32,000 nt of DNA from Candidatus Saccharimonadota bacterium (GCA_020632335.1 JACKFV010000001.1:180001-212000); one strand, 5' to 3'. Numbered from the stretch's first letter, positions 23,938-31,317 are shown. Notes: generated from the letters alone by a model not told the origin. Program-made: numbers and translations.

Positions 23938-24321
23938 ATGAACCGTCTTCTTTTTTTGCTCTTGCCGATGATCCCCCTAATGGCTTCTGCCACCACGCTG
24001 GAGTACCTGATAGCGCGCAATGCTACCGGCAGTGTGCAAGATGTCACGCAAATGGGGATACACCGCTATGCCGTGCAGGGTATGAGCCCCGCTGTCGTGT
24101 GGCTCCCGCTGGAGAAACGGGAGACCCTCAGCTGGGTGAATAATGGCCTGGTAGACCAGTCTCCTGCAGTGGATACTCCTGCTCTGCTCCCCCGTACAGA
24201 TGCCATGACGCCCACTCCTGGGCAGGTGGTCTTTCGCCTCCAGCACCTAGACGTCGTCACCTATATGCCCTCCACGGGGGCGCCGGTACGCCACCCTCGC
24301 ATACCGGTGGTGACCCGCTAA
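23938..24321 (+). CDS. small secreted hypothetical protein
   Basis: Start at ATG 23938 gives the signal peptide MNRLLFLLLPMIPLMASA. The frame has higher GC3 than the overlapping 23916..24143 frame, and it ends 18 nt before a strong terminator. Confidence 0.6.
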   Translation: MNRLLFLLLPMIPLMASATTLEYLIARNATGSVQDVTQMGIHRYAVQGMSPAVVWLPLEKRETLSWVNNGLVDQSPAVDTPALLPRTDAMTPTPGQVVFRLQHLDVVTYMPSTGAPVRHPRIPVVTR

Positions 24322-24339
24322 GGACTATACCACCGAGAT

Positions 24340-24366
24340 AAAAACTCCCCAGCTGGGGAGTTTTTT
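24340..24366. terminator. bidirectional rho-independent terminator
   Basis: AAAAACTCCCC-AGCT-GGGGAGTTTTTT is a perfect hairpin with A- and T-runs on both sides. It lies between the convergent genes 23938..24321(+) and gap(-). Confidence 0.85.
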
Positions 24367-24394
24367 ACAGACTCTGCCCTATGCTTGAGCGGTT

Positions 24395-25393
24395 CTAGGC
24401 GCTCGCCACCCGCAGCCCCAGCTCCACCAGGCGGTTAGAGTAGCCCCACTCGTTGTCGTACCAGCTGAGCACCTTCACGAGTGTGCCGCCCTGCACCATG
24501 GTCTGCTCGGCGTCGATGATGCTACTGCGCGAGTCTTGCTTGAAGTCCGTACTCACCAGCGGCAGGGTGCTGAACCCCATGATGCCCGGCATCTGCCCCG
24601 CCGCCGCCTGGAGCGCCCCATTGACGGCCTCTACGGTAGTGGGGGTCTTGACCACCGCGGTGAGGTCTGTGATGCTGACCGTAGGCGTAGGTACCCGCAG
24701 GGCTATCCCGCTGAGCTTGCCATTGAGGTGCGGGAGCGTGAGCCCCACCGCCTCGGCCGCACCGGTAGAAGTCGGGATGATATTCAGCGCCGCAGCGCGT
24801 GCCCGGCGGGGGTCCTTATGCGCGGCGTCCAGCAGATTCTGCGTATTGGTATAGCTGTGCACGGTGGTCATCAGCCCCTGCACAATGCCAAAGCGATCAT
24901 CGAGCACCTTGGCCAGGGGTGCCAGGCAGTTGGTGGTGCAGCTGGCGTTGCTGTAGAGGTGGCGGCCGCTCTGTATCTCGCCCTCGTTCACCCCCAGTAC
25001 CACGGTAGTGAAGCCCTCGCTCTTGGCCGGGCTGCTCAGCACTACCTTGCGTGCGCCACTGCTGAGGTGCGCCTCTACCTGCTCAGCCTTACGGAAGACC
25101 CCCGTGCACTCCAGCACCACGTCTATCTGCAGGTCCTTCCACGGGAGGTCGCTGATGTTGCGCTCGGAGTAGTAGCGGATGCTCTGCCCGTTTACCTCCA
25201 GGCTGCTGGGGGTGCTGCTGACATTGCCCGGGTAGGGCCCGTAGTTGGAGTCATAGGCAAAGAGCTGGGCGCTCAGGTCACTGCTGAGCAGGTCGTTGAT
25301 GGCCACGAGGGTGGCGCCCGGGTGCTGCTGGAGGATGATACGCGCGGCACTGCGGCCAATGCGTCCGAAACCATTGATGGCGATGCGAGTCAT
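24395..25393 (-). CDS. gap: type I glyceraldehyde-3-phosphate dehydrogenase
   Basis: 332 aa. It has INGFGRIGR, the active site SNASCTTNCLAP, and a C-terminal WYDNEWGYSNR. Confidence 0.96.
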   Translation of the reverse strand: MTRIAINGFGRIGRSAARIILQQHPGATLVAINDLLSSDLSAQLFAYDSNYGPYPGNVSSTPSSLEVNGQSIRYYSERNISDLPWKDLQIDVVLECTGVFRKAEQVEAHLSSGARKVVLSSPAKSEGFTTVVLGVNEGEIQSGRHLYSNASCTTNCLAPLAKVLDDRFGIVQGLMTTVHSYTNTQNLLDAAHKDPRRARAAALNIIPTSTGAAEAVGLTLPHLNGKLSGIALRVPTPTVSITDLTAVVKTPTTVEAVNGALQAAAGQMPGIMGFSTLPLVSTDFKQDSRSSIIDAEQTMVQGGTLVKVLSWYDNEWGYSNRLVELGLRVASA

Positions 25394-25485
25394 GAGAAGG
25401 TGCTAGCACCTCTAGCCTACAGGATTTATCTGTCCCTGGCGAGGAAAGTCTGTTGTAAAGAGAGCCAGAGAGCATGAAAACATAC

Positions 25486-25513
25486 TTGACACAATAAATA
25501 AAATATGTATTAT
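25486..25513 (+). promoter_or_regulatory. putative strong promoter TTGACA-N16-TATTAT at the left edge of the AT-rich island
   Basis: The -35 is at 25486-25491 and the -10 at 25508-25513. Confidence 0.5.
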
Positions 25514-25519
25514 GAGAAA

Positions 25520-25650
25520 GTATCCGATACAAAAGGATACGCTGCTCTCTTACAATTCATCAGAAGGATAAAAAATGCGAGTGAAGAAATACTCCAGCAC
25601 AGAGTAACGCTTCTTGGTTGGGGTATTTCTTCACTTATTTATTCATTATT
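25520..25650 (+). other. structured 5' leader or small RNA
   Basis: It begins with a 5' hairpin GTATCC-N9-GGATAC (25520-25540). A perfect 12-bp inverted repeat follows: GTGAAGAAATAC (25581-25592) and GTATTTCTTCAC (25623-25634). A U-rich run follows at 25635-25650. Confidence 0.4.
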
Positions 25651-25670
25651 AAAAACGAAATTCAAAAAAG

Positions 25671-26225
25671 ATGAAACAGATTATCAATTATTTTCAGAAT
25701 ATATTTAAAGCTATATTCTGTCCGTGGGCAATCGAAGCCCGACGCGTTGTCATATTTGAGCTTGATGATACAGGTTCACCTCAATCTCCCCAATCTCCCG
25801 AATATAACCCTGAGAAAATCACTATGGCTAAATTTATAGCCCTATATTGGGAAAAAGTTCAAGATTATTCAGACCGAAATCGTAAAGAACGTATTGAGAA
25901 TGGGCAGGCCGACTGGACCTCCCTGCAAAAAATTATAGACATGTTTTCTGGCGAAGCATACGCTAGAAATTTAAATCAGCCATTATCATTTTATTTAACT
26001 AAAGTAGCTGAAATGAATACATTAGAAGACAGAATAAAGCTCTATAATCTATCATTTTTAGCCTTTGATTTATTAGAGGAATTACTAGCAGAATTACCAG
26101 GAGAACTCCGGATACTTTTCATGAATGCATTTGAATTATATGATCCAAATGCACCAGAAACTCCCCTTACTCCTGTGGATACGGAAAACGATACTGCGGA
26201 TACAAGTAATGAAAACTTCTGCTGA
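25671..26225 (+). CDS. orphan hypothetical protein (184 aa) encoded in AT-rich DNA
   Basis: It is the longest open frame in a stop-codon-rich AT-rich segment. It has AT-rich codon usage unlike all neighbours, and I recognise no motif. An alternative start is ATG 25824. Confidence 0.6.
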   Translation: MKQIINYFQNIFKAIFCPWAIEARRVVIFELDDTGSPQSPQSPEYNPEKITMAKFIALYWEKVQDYSDRNRKERIENGQADWTSLQKIIDMFSGEAYARNLNQPLSFYLTKVAEMNTLEDRIKLYNLSFLAFDLLEELLAELPGELRILFMNAFELYDPNAPETPLTPVDTENDTADTSNENFC

Positions 26226-26342
26226 TGTTTATGAAAATGGTCATAGCGGTGTTGTGGGAACTATCCCACTAATTCCATAGATCATAAAGAGCAATGCTAG
26301 TGGAGTAACTTGTTATCTCCGCTCAGCAAAAAACAATTAAAG

Positions 26343-26375
26343 CCTTGGTATTAATTACTTACCAAGGTTTTTTTT
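26343..26375. terminator. rho-independent terminator, probably bidirectional
   Basis: CCTTGGTA (26343-26350) pairs with TACCAAGG (26360-26367) and is followed by T8. An A-run lies upstream. It sits between the convergent ORFs 25671..26225(+) and 26397..26555(-). Confidence 0.8.
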
Positions 26376-26396
26376 CGTACACCATAGATCCCTCCA

Positions 26397-26555
26397 CTAG
26401 CGGCACCGCAGGCCGTGCTGCTGTGCCAGTGCTGCGCGTCGCAGGCGTGCTTTGGCTTTATTCCGCTTCTTGGCGCCGCTCACATGGCTGCCCTTACTCT
26501 TGTGCCACTCGCCATAGACGTTGGGGCCTTTGCTGCTGCTACTGCGATTGGTCAT
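26397..26555 (-). CDS. small basic protein (52 aa), below the ORF-track length cutoff
   Basis: Hand translation gives MTNRSSSSKGPNVYGEWHKSKGSHVSGAKKRNKAKARLRRAALAQQHGLRCR. Third positions are mostly G/C, TATAGT ends 8 nt before the ATG, and the terminator lies 22 nt after the stop. Confidence 0.5.
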   Translation of the reverse strand: MTNRSSSSKGPNVYGEWHKSKGSHVSGAKKRNKAKARLRRAALAQQHGLRCR

Positions 26556-26598
26556 GATGCTGCACTATACACGCGGACTTCTACAGCGATATTCTGTC

Positions 26599-26626
26599 TT
26601 GTCAAGCATGTCTGCGGCACTACGCT
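26599..26626 (+). promoter_or_regulatory. putative leaderless promoter TTGTCA-N16-TACGCT-N6-ATG
   Basis: The -35 is at 26599-26604, the -10 at 26621-26626, and the ATG at 26633. Confidence 0.45.
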
Positions 26627-26632
26627 CTCTCC

Positions 26633-27142
26633 ATGCACTTCTATCGCCCAGCCGCACTTGCAGATGCTCCCGCGCTGGCAGAGATACATAACCGCGCTAC
26701 CGAGCGGTACAAAGAGGTCTACACCCCCGCAGAATGCGCCGAACGCGGCTATGTTCTCAGCACCGTAGACGACATGCTGGCGATGCTCGAGAGCCGAGAA
26801 ATCCTCTGTGCTGAGGAGGATGGGCAGCTGCTAGGGTATGCCGCGTATCGGCTCAAGCACCCCTCCACCGTGTGGGTGTCGTCCCTCCATGTAGTGCCCG
26901 AGGCGCAACGCCGGGGCATAGGCGCGGGGCTCCTGCAGCGGGTAGAGGACTGGGCACGCGCGCAGCAGGCCGTGGTAGTGGCGCTGGAGACGGACCAGCG
27001 CTTCCTCTGGGCGGTAGCGTTTTATCAGCGGCAGGGCTACCAGACCATGACCGACGAGGCCCTCGCCCTCCCGCCATACCAGCACGTGCTGGGGAAACCG
27101 CAGGTCCCCGGGCGGTATATCTTTGTGCGGCGGGTCAGCTAG
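26633..27142 (+). CDS. GNAT family N-acetyltransferase
   Basis: 169 aa. The acetyl-CoA binding motif is VVPEAQRRGIGAGLLQRVEDWA (Q/RxxGxG/A). Confidence 0.88.
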   Translation: MHFYRPAALADAPALAEIHNRATERYKEVYTPAECAERGYVLSTVDDMLAMLESREILCAEEDGQLLGYAAYRLKHPSTVWVSSLHVVPEAQRRGIGAGLLQRVEDWARAQQAVVVALETDQRFLWAVAFYQRQGYQTMTDEALALPPYQHVLGKPQVPGRYIFVRRVS

Positions 27143-27148
27143 AGATGC

Positions 27149-29524
27149 TTAGCGCACCACTACCTGCGCAGACGTCTCGGAGATAAGGCCATTGCGGTCG
27201 GTCACCTTAAGCGTAGCGGTGTAGGTACCCGGCTGGGTATAGGTGTGCTTGGGGCGGGTGTCGGTGGAGAGATTCCCATCACCGAAGTCCCACGTGTACC
27301 CATAGATCGTCCCCTCAGACCCGGTGGGGCTGAACTGCACCGTCAGCGGCGCGGCACCTGCAGCAGGCTCAGCAGTCATGCGGGCGCGCACGGCACGGGG
27401 CCGCACGGTGATCCTCGTTACGGTGTCCTTGGTCTTGCCCGCTGCGGTGACGATCTTCAGCCCGATCTCGTACATGCCCACGTCGGTGAATTCATAGCTG
27501 ATCTGCGCGCCATAGCTGATGGGCGACTGCCCCGGCAGGCTCCAGATGTAGTTGACGATAGTATCGCCCTCCTCTGCCCGAGAACCCGACGCGTCAAACT
27601 CCACCCGCAGTGGCACCTCTCCGTTACTCGGGAGGGCGCTGATAGCGGCCCGGATGCTGGCGCCATTCACCTGGACTTTCTGCACCTTCTCATAGACGTT
27701 CTCGTCACTGTCGATGACCTGCAGCTGCACCTCGTAGATGCCCGGGGTGTAGTAGGTGTGCTTCACCACGGGGCTAAATTTATCCACAATCCCATCGTTT
27801 TCGAAGTCCCACTGGAACTCTATGGGGTTATCTATCTGGCTATTGGTCGCGTTGAAGACCACCTCCAGCGGCGCCTCCCCGGTGAGGAATTCTGCGCCGC
27901 CGTGGTCTGGAGTGGTGTCTATCCGCAGCTCTATGTCTTGCACGCGGGGCAGGACTTTCACGGTCTTGACGGCCTCGGCCTTCACCCCGGTGTCGTCCTC
28001 TATCACCAGCTTCACCTCGTACTCGCCCGCGCGGCGGAAGGTCTTCTCGTACTTACGCCCCACAAAGCTCTCCGCGTCCCCCTCCACAAACCACTCGTAC
28101 TTGACGATGCGCCCCACCCGCGCAAACGACGCCGAGCCGTCCAGCACCACGCTCAGCGGCGCCTCGCCCTCCAGGGGGGTCAGCGCGCCTATCTCTGGGC
28201 GGAGATTCTCGTCTGGTGGCAGGACTTCTATGGTCTTCTGCGCGGTAGCAAAGTCGCCATTCCGACCCGTCACGCGCAGGTTCACGATGTAACTCCCCAG
28301 CTGCGTATAGGTCTTCACCACATTCACCAGGTCAATCCCCTGCTCCTCATAGGTGCCGTCGTTGTTCAGATCCCACTCGTAGTAGACGATGTCGCCGTCA
28401 GGGTCGGTCGATTTAGCGGCTGAGAGCTCCACCGAGAGCGGGCCCACCCCACTCTCCGGCGAGGCGATGATATCCGCCGCGACCGACTCATTAGCGATGA
28501 TCACCTGCCGCGGAGCCTCGTACGTCCGCACGGGTGAGAGCGGGTCGCCGGGGTTTTCTCGGTAGGTTACGGTGGCCTTCACGTTATAGACGCCGCCGTT
28601 CTCGCCCAGGTTGAGGAAGCGGTAGGTCACGGTGTCGCCCCGCGCGTCTGTGATGCCATCGGAGTCAAAATCCCACTCGATGCTATTGACGGCATTTTGC
28701 GGCAGCTGCTGGTAGAGCTTGGTCCCGATATCAAAACGCACCAGCACCGGCGCGCTGAGGTTCCGTACGTCTACCGGGTCGGTGATGATCATGGCCTCGG
28801 AGACCTGCTCCCGCGCGGCTACTTGCTGGCGGTTGATCACCATAAAGAGCGCAATCCACAGCCCCCCCATGAGGAGAAACAGCAGGAGGTATAGCACCCC
28901 CCGCCCCAGCCGACCCCGGCGTATCTGCGGGCTGGCCTTGGTATTACTAAAGTACTGGAAGAATTTGATCAGCGTGAGGATGAGCAGCCACAGCGCGATG
29001 AGCCCAAAGATGATATTGGTCATCAGCACCAAAGCGTTCTTCAGCCCCACGCCGTCCAGCCCCAGGGTCTTGAAGAGCGCGTTATCCAGCGAATTACTCA
29101 TCAGCCCCCAGAGCATGAGCCCGTAGAAGGTAAAGACACCGAGAAACAGCACTGCGAGAAAGCCAACCAGCACCCGCTTGACCGTAGCCGACGACGCGGG
29201 AGTACTGCTCGGGGCGGCCACCCGGCGGCGGATTATCCGCTTGCGGCTGCCGTCTGGCATCACCCGTATGAAGGTTTTTTCGGTGTCGCTCTCGCGCTCG
29301 GGCACGTCTACTGCGTCGCCGGCCTGCTCCGCCTGCACCAGCGCGGCGGCCAGCTTCTCCTCCATCGTCATGCCCCCAGGGGTCGTCGTGGTTGCGGGCA
29401 CTGCGGGCTCTGGCTCTGCTGCCGGAGTGGCGCTATTCTCGTCCTCCGCCTGGCGTGGAGGGTTTTGCTGCAGGCTCTCGGGCAGCTGACGAATGCGCTG
29501 ACGGTGCGGGGTATTCTCTTCCAT
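27149..29524 (-). CDS. polytopic membrane protein with at least six extracytoplasmic PKD domains
   Basis: 791 aa. A charged N-terminal region of about 115 aa is followed by 3 TM helices and repeated PKD signatures: WDFDSDG, YEWDLNNDG, FQWDFENDG and YTWDFGDG, each followed by a ...Y....G.Y.V.L.V.D pattern. Confidence 0.9.
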   Translation of the reverse strand: MEENTPHRQRIRQLPESLQQNPPRQAEDENSATPAAEPEPAVPATTTTPGGMTMEEKLAAALVQAEQAGDAVDVPERESDTEKTFIRVMPDGSRKRIIRRRVAAPSSTPASSATVKRVLVGFLAVLFLGVFTFYGLMLWGLMSNSLDNALFKTLGLDGVGLKNALVLMTNIIFGLIALWLLILTLIKFFQYFSNTKASPQIRRGRLGRGVLYLLLFLLMGGLWIALFMVINRQQVAAREQVSEAMIITDPVDVRNLSAPVLVRFDIGTKLYQQLPQNAVNSIEWDFDSDGITDARGDTVTYRFLNLGENGGVYNVKATVTYRENPGDPLSPVRTYEAPRQVIIANESVAADIIASPESGVGPLSVELSAAKSTDPDGDIVYYEWDLNNDGTYEEQGIDLVNVVKTYTQLGSYIVNLRVTGRNGDFATAQKTIEVLPPDENLRPEIGALTPLEGEAPLSVVLDGSASFARVGRIVKYEWFVEGDAESFVGRKYEKTFRRAGEYEVKLVIEDDTGVKAEAVKTVKVLPRVQDIELRIDTTPDHGGAEFLTGEAPLEVVFNATNSQIDNPIEFQWDFENDGIVDKFSPVVKHTYYTPGIYEVQLQVIDSDENVYEKVQKVQVNGASIRAAISALPSNGEVPLRVEFDASGSRAEEGDTIVNYIWSLPGQSPISYGAQISYEFTDVGMYEIGLKIVTAAGKTKDTVTRITVRPRAVRARMTAEPAAGAAPLTVQFSPTGSEGTIYGYTWDFGDGNLSTDTRPKHTYTQPGTYTATLKVTDRNGLISETSAQVVVR

Positions 29525-29596
29525 ATCTCTTCAACATACCAGAAAAGGACAGTGCTAGTCTAGGATTCCTCCGCAAAATAACAAGCCCAAGAGCGC

Positions 29597-29624
29597 TTTA
29601 CACCCGCGCAGAATATGGTAGAGT
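29597..29624 (+). promoter_or_regulatory. putative leaderless rbfA promoter TTTACA-N16-TAGAGT-N6-ATG
   Basis: The -35 is at 29597-29602, the -10 at 29619-29624, and the ATG at 29631. Confidence 0.45.
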
Positions 29625-29630
29625 CAGCGT

Positions 29631-29987
29631 ATGAAGCTCTCTGCACGGAGCCTGAAAATGGGCAAGGAACTCCAGCGGCAGCTCCCCCTGCTTATCCCGC
29701 AGCTGCTCAGCCCGAACCAAATAGGCCTCCTCACCATCACCGCGGTAGAAGTCAGTGGGGACCTGCGCCACGCGCACGCCTACGTCAGTTTCCTCCACCA
29801 GCGGCCAGGCGCCATAGCGGTGCTAAATGCCCATGCAGAGCAGCTCACCGAGGGGCTCAGAAAGACCGTGCGGCTCACCCGCTCGCTCCAGCTGATCTTC
29901 AAAGCCGATGCCTCTCAGCAGCATGTAGAGGCCATGAGCCGGCACTTTTCTCCTCCCACCCCGCATGACCAAAGCCCCCCACAGTAA
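29631..29987 (+). CDS. rbfA: ribosome-binding factor A
   Basis: 118 aa. R..K.GKELQRQL...LLTITAVEVSGDLRHAHAYVSFL matches the RbfA KH-like pattern. Confidence 0.87.
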   Translation: MKLSARSLKMGKELQRQLPLLIPQLLSPNQIGLLTITAVEVSGDLRHAHAYVSFLHQRPGAIAVLNAHAEQLTEGLRKTVRLTRSLQLIFKADASQQHVEAMSRHFSPPTPHDQSPPQ

Positions 29988-30531
29988 CGATCTCTGCATC
30001 GTCATCGACATGCAACAGGGCTTCCGCTACCCCGAGGCCACCGCTATCCTCCCCCAAGTACAGCAGCTGGTGGAGCGCTTCCCTGGGCAGGTGGTGCTGA
30101 GTCTCTTCCGTAATGAGCCGGGGAGTTTCTTCGAGACCCGCCTCCGGTGGAAGAAGATGCAGCGTGAAGAGGAGAGAGCCCTCATGCCCGAGCTCGACCG
30201 GGCTTTACTCCCGCGGTTCTGGCACAGTGGGTACACGGTGCTCACCCCCGAACTCGTGCAGTATATAGAGGCCTACGCGCCTGATAGGGTCTATATAGCG
30301 GGCATTTATACCGACGTCTGCGTGCTGCACACGGCCCTCAGCGCCGCTGACCACGGGTGGCATACGCTGGTGGTGCGTGACTGCTGCGCGTCGCTGCATG
30401 GCTACCGGCACCACGTCATGGCGCTGGAGACGCTCCTCTATGCGCTGGGAGAGGAATATATGGTGCCGCTGCAGTCGCTCCTCCCGCAGGAAGATTCCCC
30501 CTTGCCAGCCCGTAAAAACGCCCTAGAGTAG
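29965..30531 (+). CDS. isochorismatase-family cysteine hydrolase
   Basis: 188 aa. LCIVIDMQQGF holds the catalytic Asp context, and IAGIYTDVCVLHTALSAADHGW holds the catalytic Cys context. It overlaps the rbfA 3' end by 23 nt. Confidence 0.82.
   Translation: MTKAPHSNDLCIVIDMQQGFRYPEATAILPQVQQLVERFPGQVVLSLFRNEPGSFFETRLRWKKMQREEERALMPELDRALLPRFWHSGYTVLTPELVQYIEAYAPDRVYIAGIYTDVCVLHTALSAADHGWHTLVVRDCCASLHGYRHHVMALETLLYALGEEYMVPLQSLLPQEDSPLPARKNALE
30502..30529 (+). promoter_or_regulatory. putative leaderless ccdA promoter TTGCCA-N16-TAGAGT-N6-ATG
   Basis: The -35 is at 30502-30507, the -10 at 30524-30529, and the ATG at 30536. Confidence 0.45.
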
Positions 30532-30535
30532 GAGT

Positions 30536-31306
30536 ATGACCCTCACGCTACTAGCGTATTGCTTTGGTCTGCTAACGGTACTGGCCCCGTGTGTGCTGCC
30601 GGTGCTGCCGGTGGTCATTGGCGGTACTGTGGCGGGTGAGGGCCGCTGGCGCCCCTATGTCATCACGCTGTCGCTGGGGGTGAGTATTTTCCTCTTCAGC
30701 GTAGGGCTGCAGCTGCTGAGCCGCGTTATATTCATCAACCCCGTGTGGCTGAAGACTGTATCGGTGGTGATTCTCATCGGCTTTGGGCTCATCACGCTCT
30801 TCCCGCAGCTCTGGGAGGGGGCAAAGCGCGTACTGCACCTGCGCGATGGCACCGCGGCTCTCTCCGTTGCAGGGCGTACACCGGGGCTCTGGGGGGCGAT
30901 ACTGACGGGAGCGGCGCTCGGCCCGGTCTTCAATAGCTGCTCACCCACCTACGCGCTCATCCTCTCTACTGTGCTGCAGCAGCAGTTCTGGTACGGGGTG
31001 TGGCTGCTCTTGGTGTATGTCTTGGGACTGAGCACTATTGTGCTCCTCATTGCGGTATACGGCGGCCGACTGATACAGCGGCTGCGCGGCGCGGCAGACC
31101 CTCGCGGGTGGTTCAAGCGCCTCCTTGGGGTCCTCTTTATCCTCGTGGGGGTGATGGTGTGGCAGGGGTGGGATAAGCAGCTCGAGGCCTTTATTATTCG
31201 CCAGGGGTGGTATATAGATACTACCGCACTGGAAGAAACCTCCCTCAGCCCTACGCGTGAGCACCTGCAACGCCAGAAAGCTCCGCCAGGGAACGCTTCT
31301 TCTTAA
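30536..31306 (+). CDS. ccdA: cytochrome c biogenesis protein CcdA / DsbD-family thiol-disulfide transporter
   Basis: 256 aa with 6 TM helices. The conserved Cys motifs are LAPCVLPVLPVV and NSCSPTY. Confidence 0.87.
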   Translation: MTLTLLAYCFGLLTVLAPCVLPVLPVVIGGTVAGEGRWRPYVITLSLGVSIFLFSVGLQLLSRVIFINPVWLKTVSVVILIGFGLITLFPQLWEGAKRVLHLRDGTAALSVAGRTPGLWGAILTGAALGPVFNSCSPTYALILSTVLQQQFWYGVWLLLVYVLGLSTIVLLIAVYGGRLIQRLRGAADPRGWFKRLLGVLFILVGVMVWQGWDKQLEAFIIRQGWYIDTTALEETSLSPTREHLQRQKAPPGNASS

Positions 31307-31317
31307 CCCCCTTTCTT

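Noticed and set aside
23916-24143. 75-aa Cys-rich ORF starting 4 nt after the TACTGT -10
   Set aside because: The overlapping frame 23938..24321 has clearly higher GC3, a proper signal peptide, and runs to the terminator. The 75-aa frame has roughly even third-position composition.
24536-25477. 313-aa ORF on the plus strand
   Set aside because: It is antisense to gap, which carries the SNASCTTNCLAP active site. Its composition is R/H/G/A-rich and it has no motifs.
25661-25673. A6 run (TTCAAAAAAGATG) as a programmed frameshift joining ORF 25505..25708 to ORF 25671..26225
   Set aside because: The second frame is +1 relative to the first, not -1. The heptamer is not in the X_XXY_YYZ register in the zero frame. 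The downstream frame is closed by a TAA only 6 codons upstream of its ATG.
25505-25708. 67-aa ORF at the left of the AT-rich island
   Set aside because: It is not listed as a feature. Its ATG lies inside the spacer and -10 of the best promoter, so it would be upstream of the transcription start. It has no internal Met. It also overlaps the strongly structured leader. It remains possible if another promoter exists.
26275-26390. 9-bp direct repeat CCATAGATC (26275 and 26382) as island target-site duplication
   Set aside because: Both copies lie at the right end only and merely flank the terminator. Several 9-mers repeated within about 100 bp are expected by chance in 32 kb.
27245-28423. 392-aa ORF on the plus strand
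   Set aside because: It is antisense to the PKD-domain gene, whose repeated WDFxxDG signatures identify the true frame.
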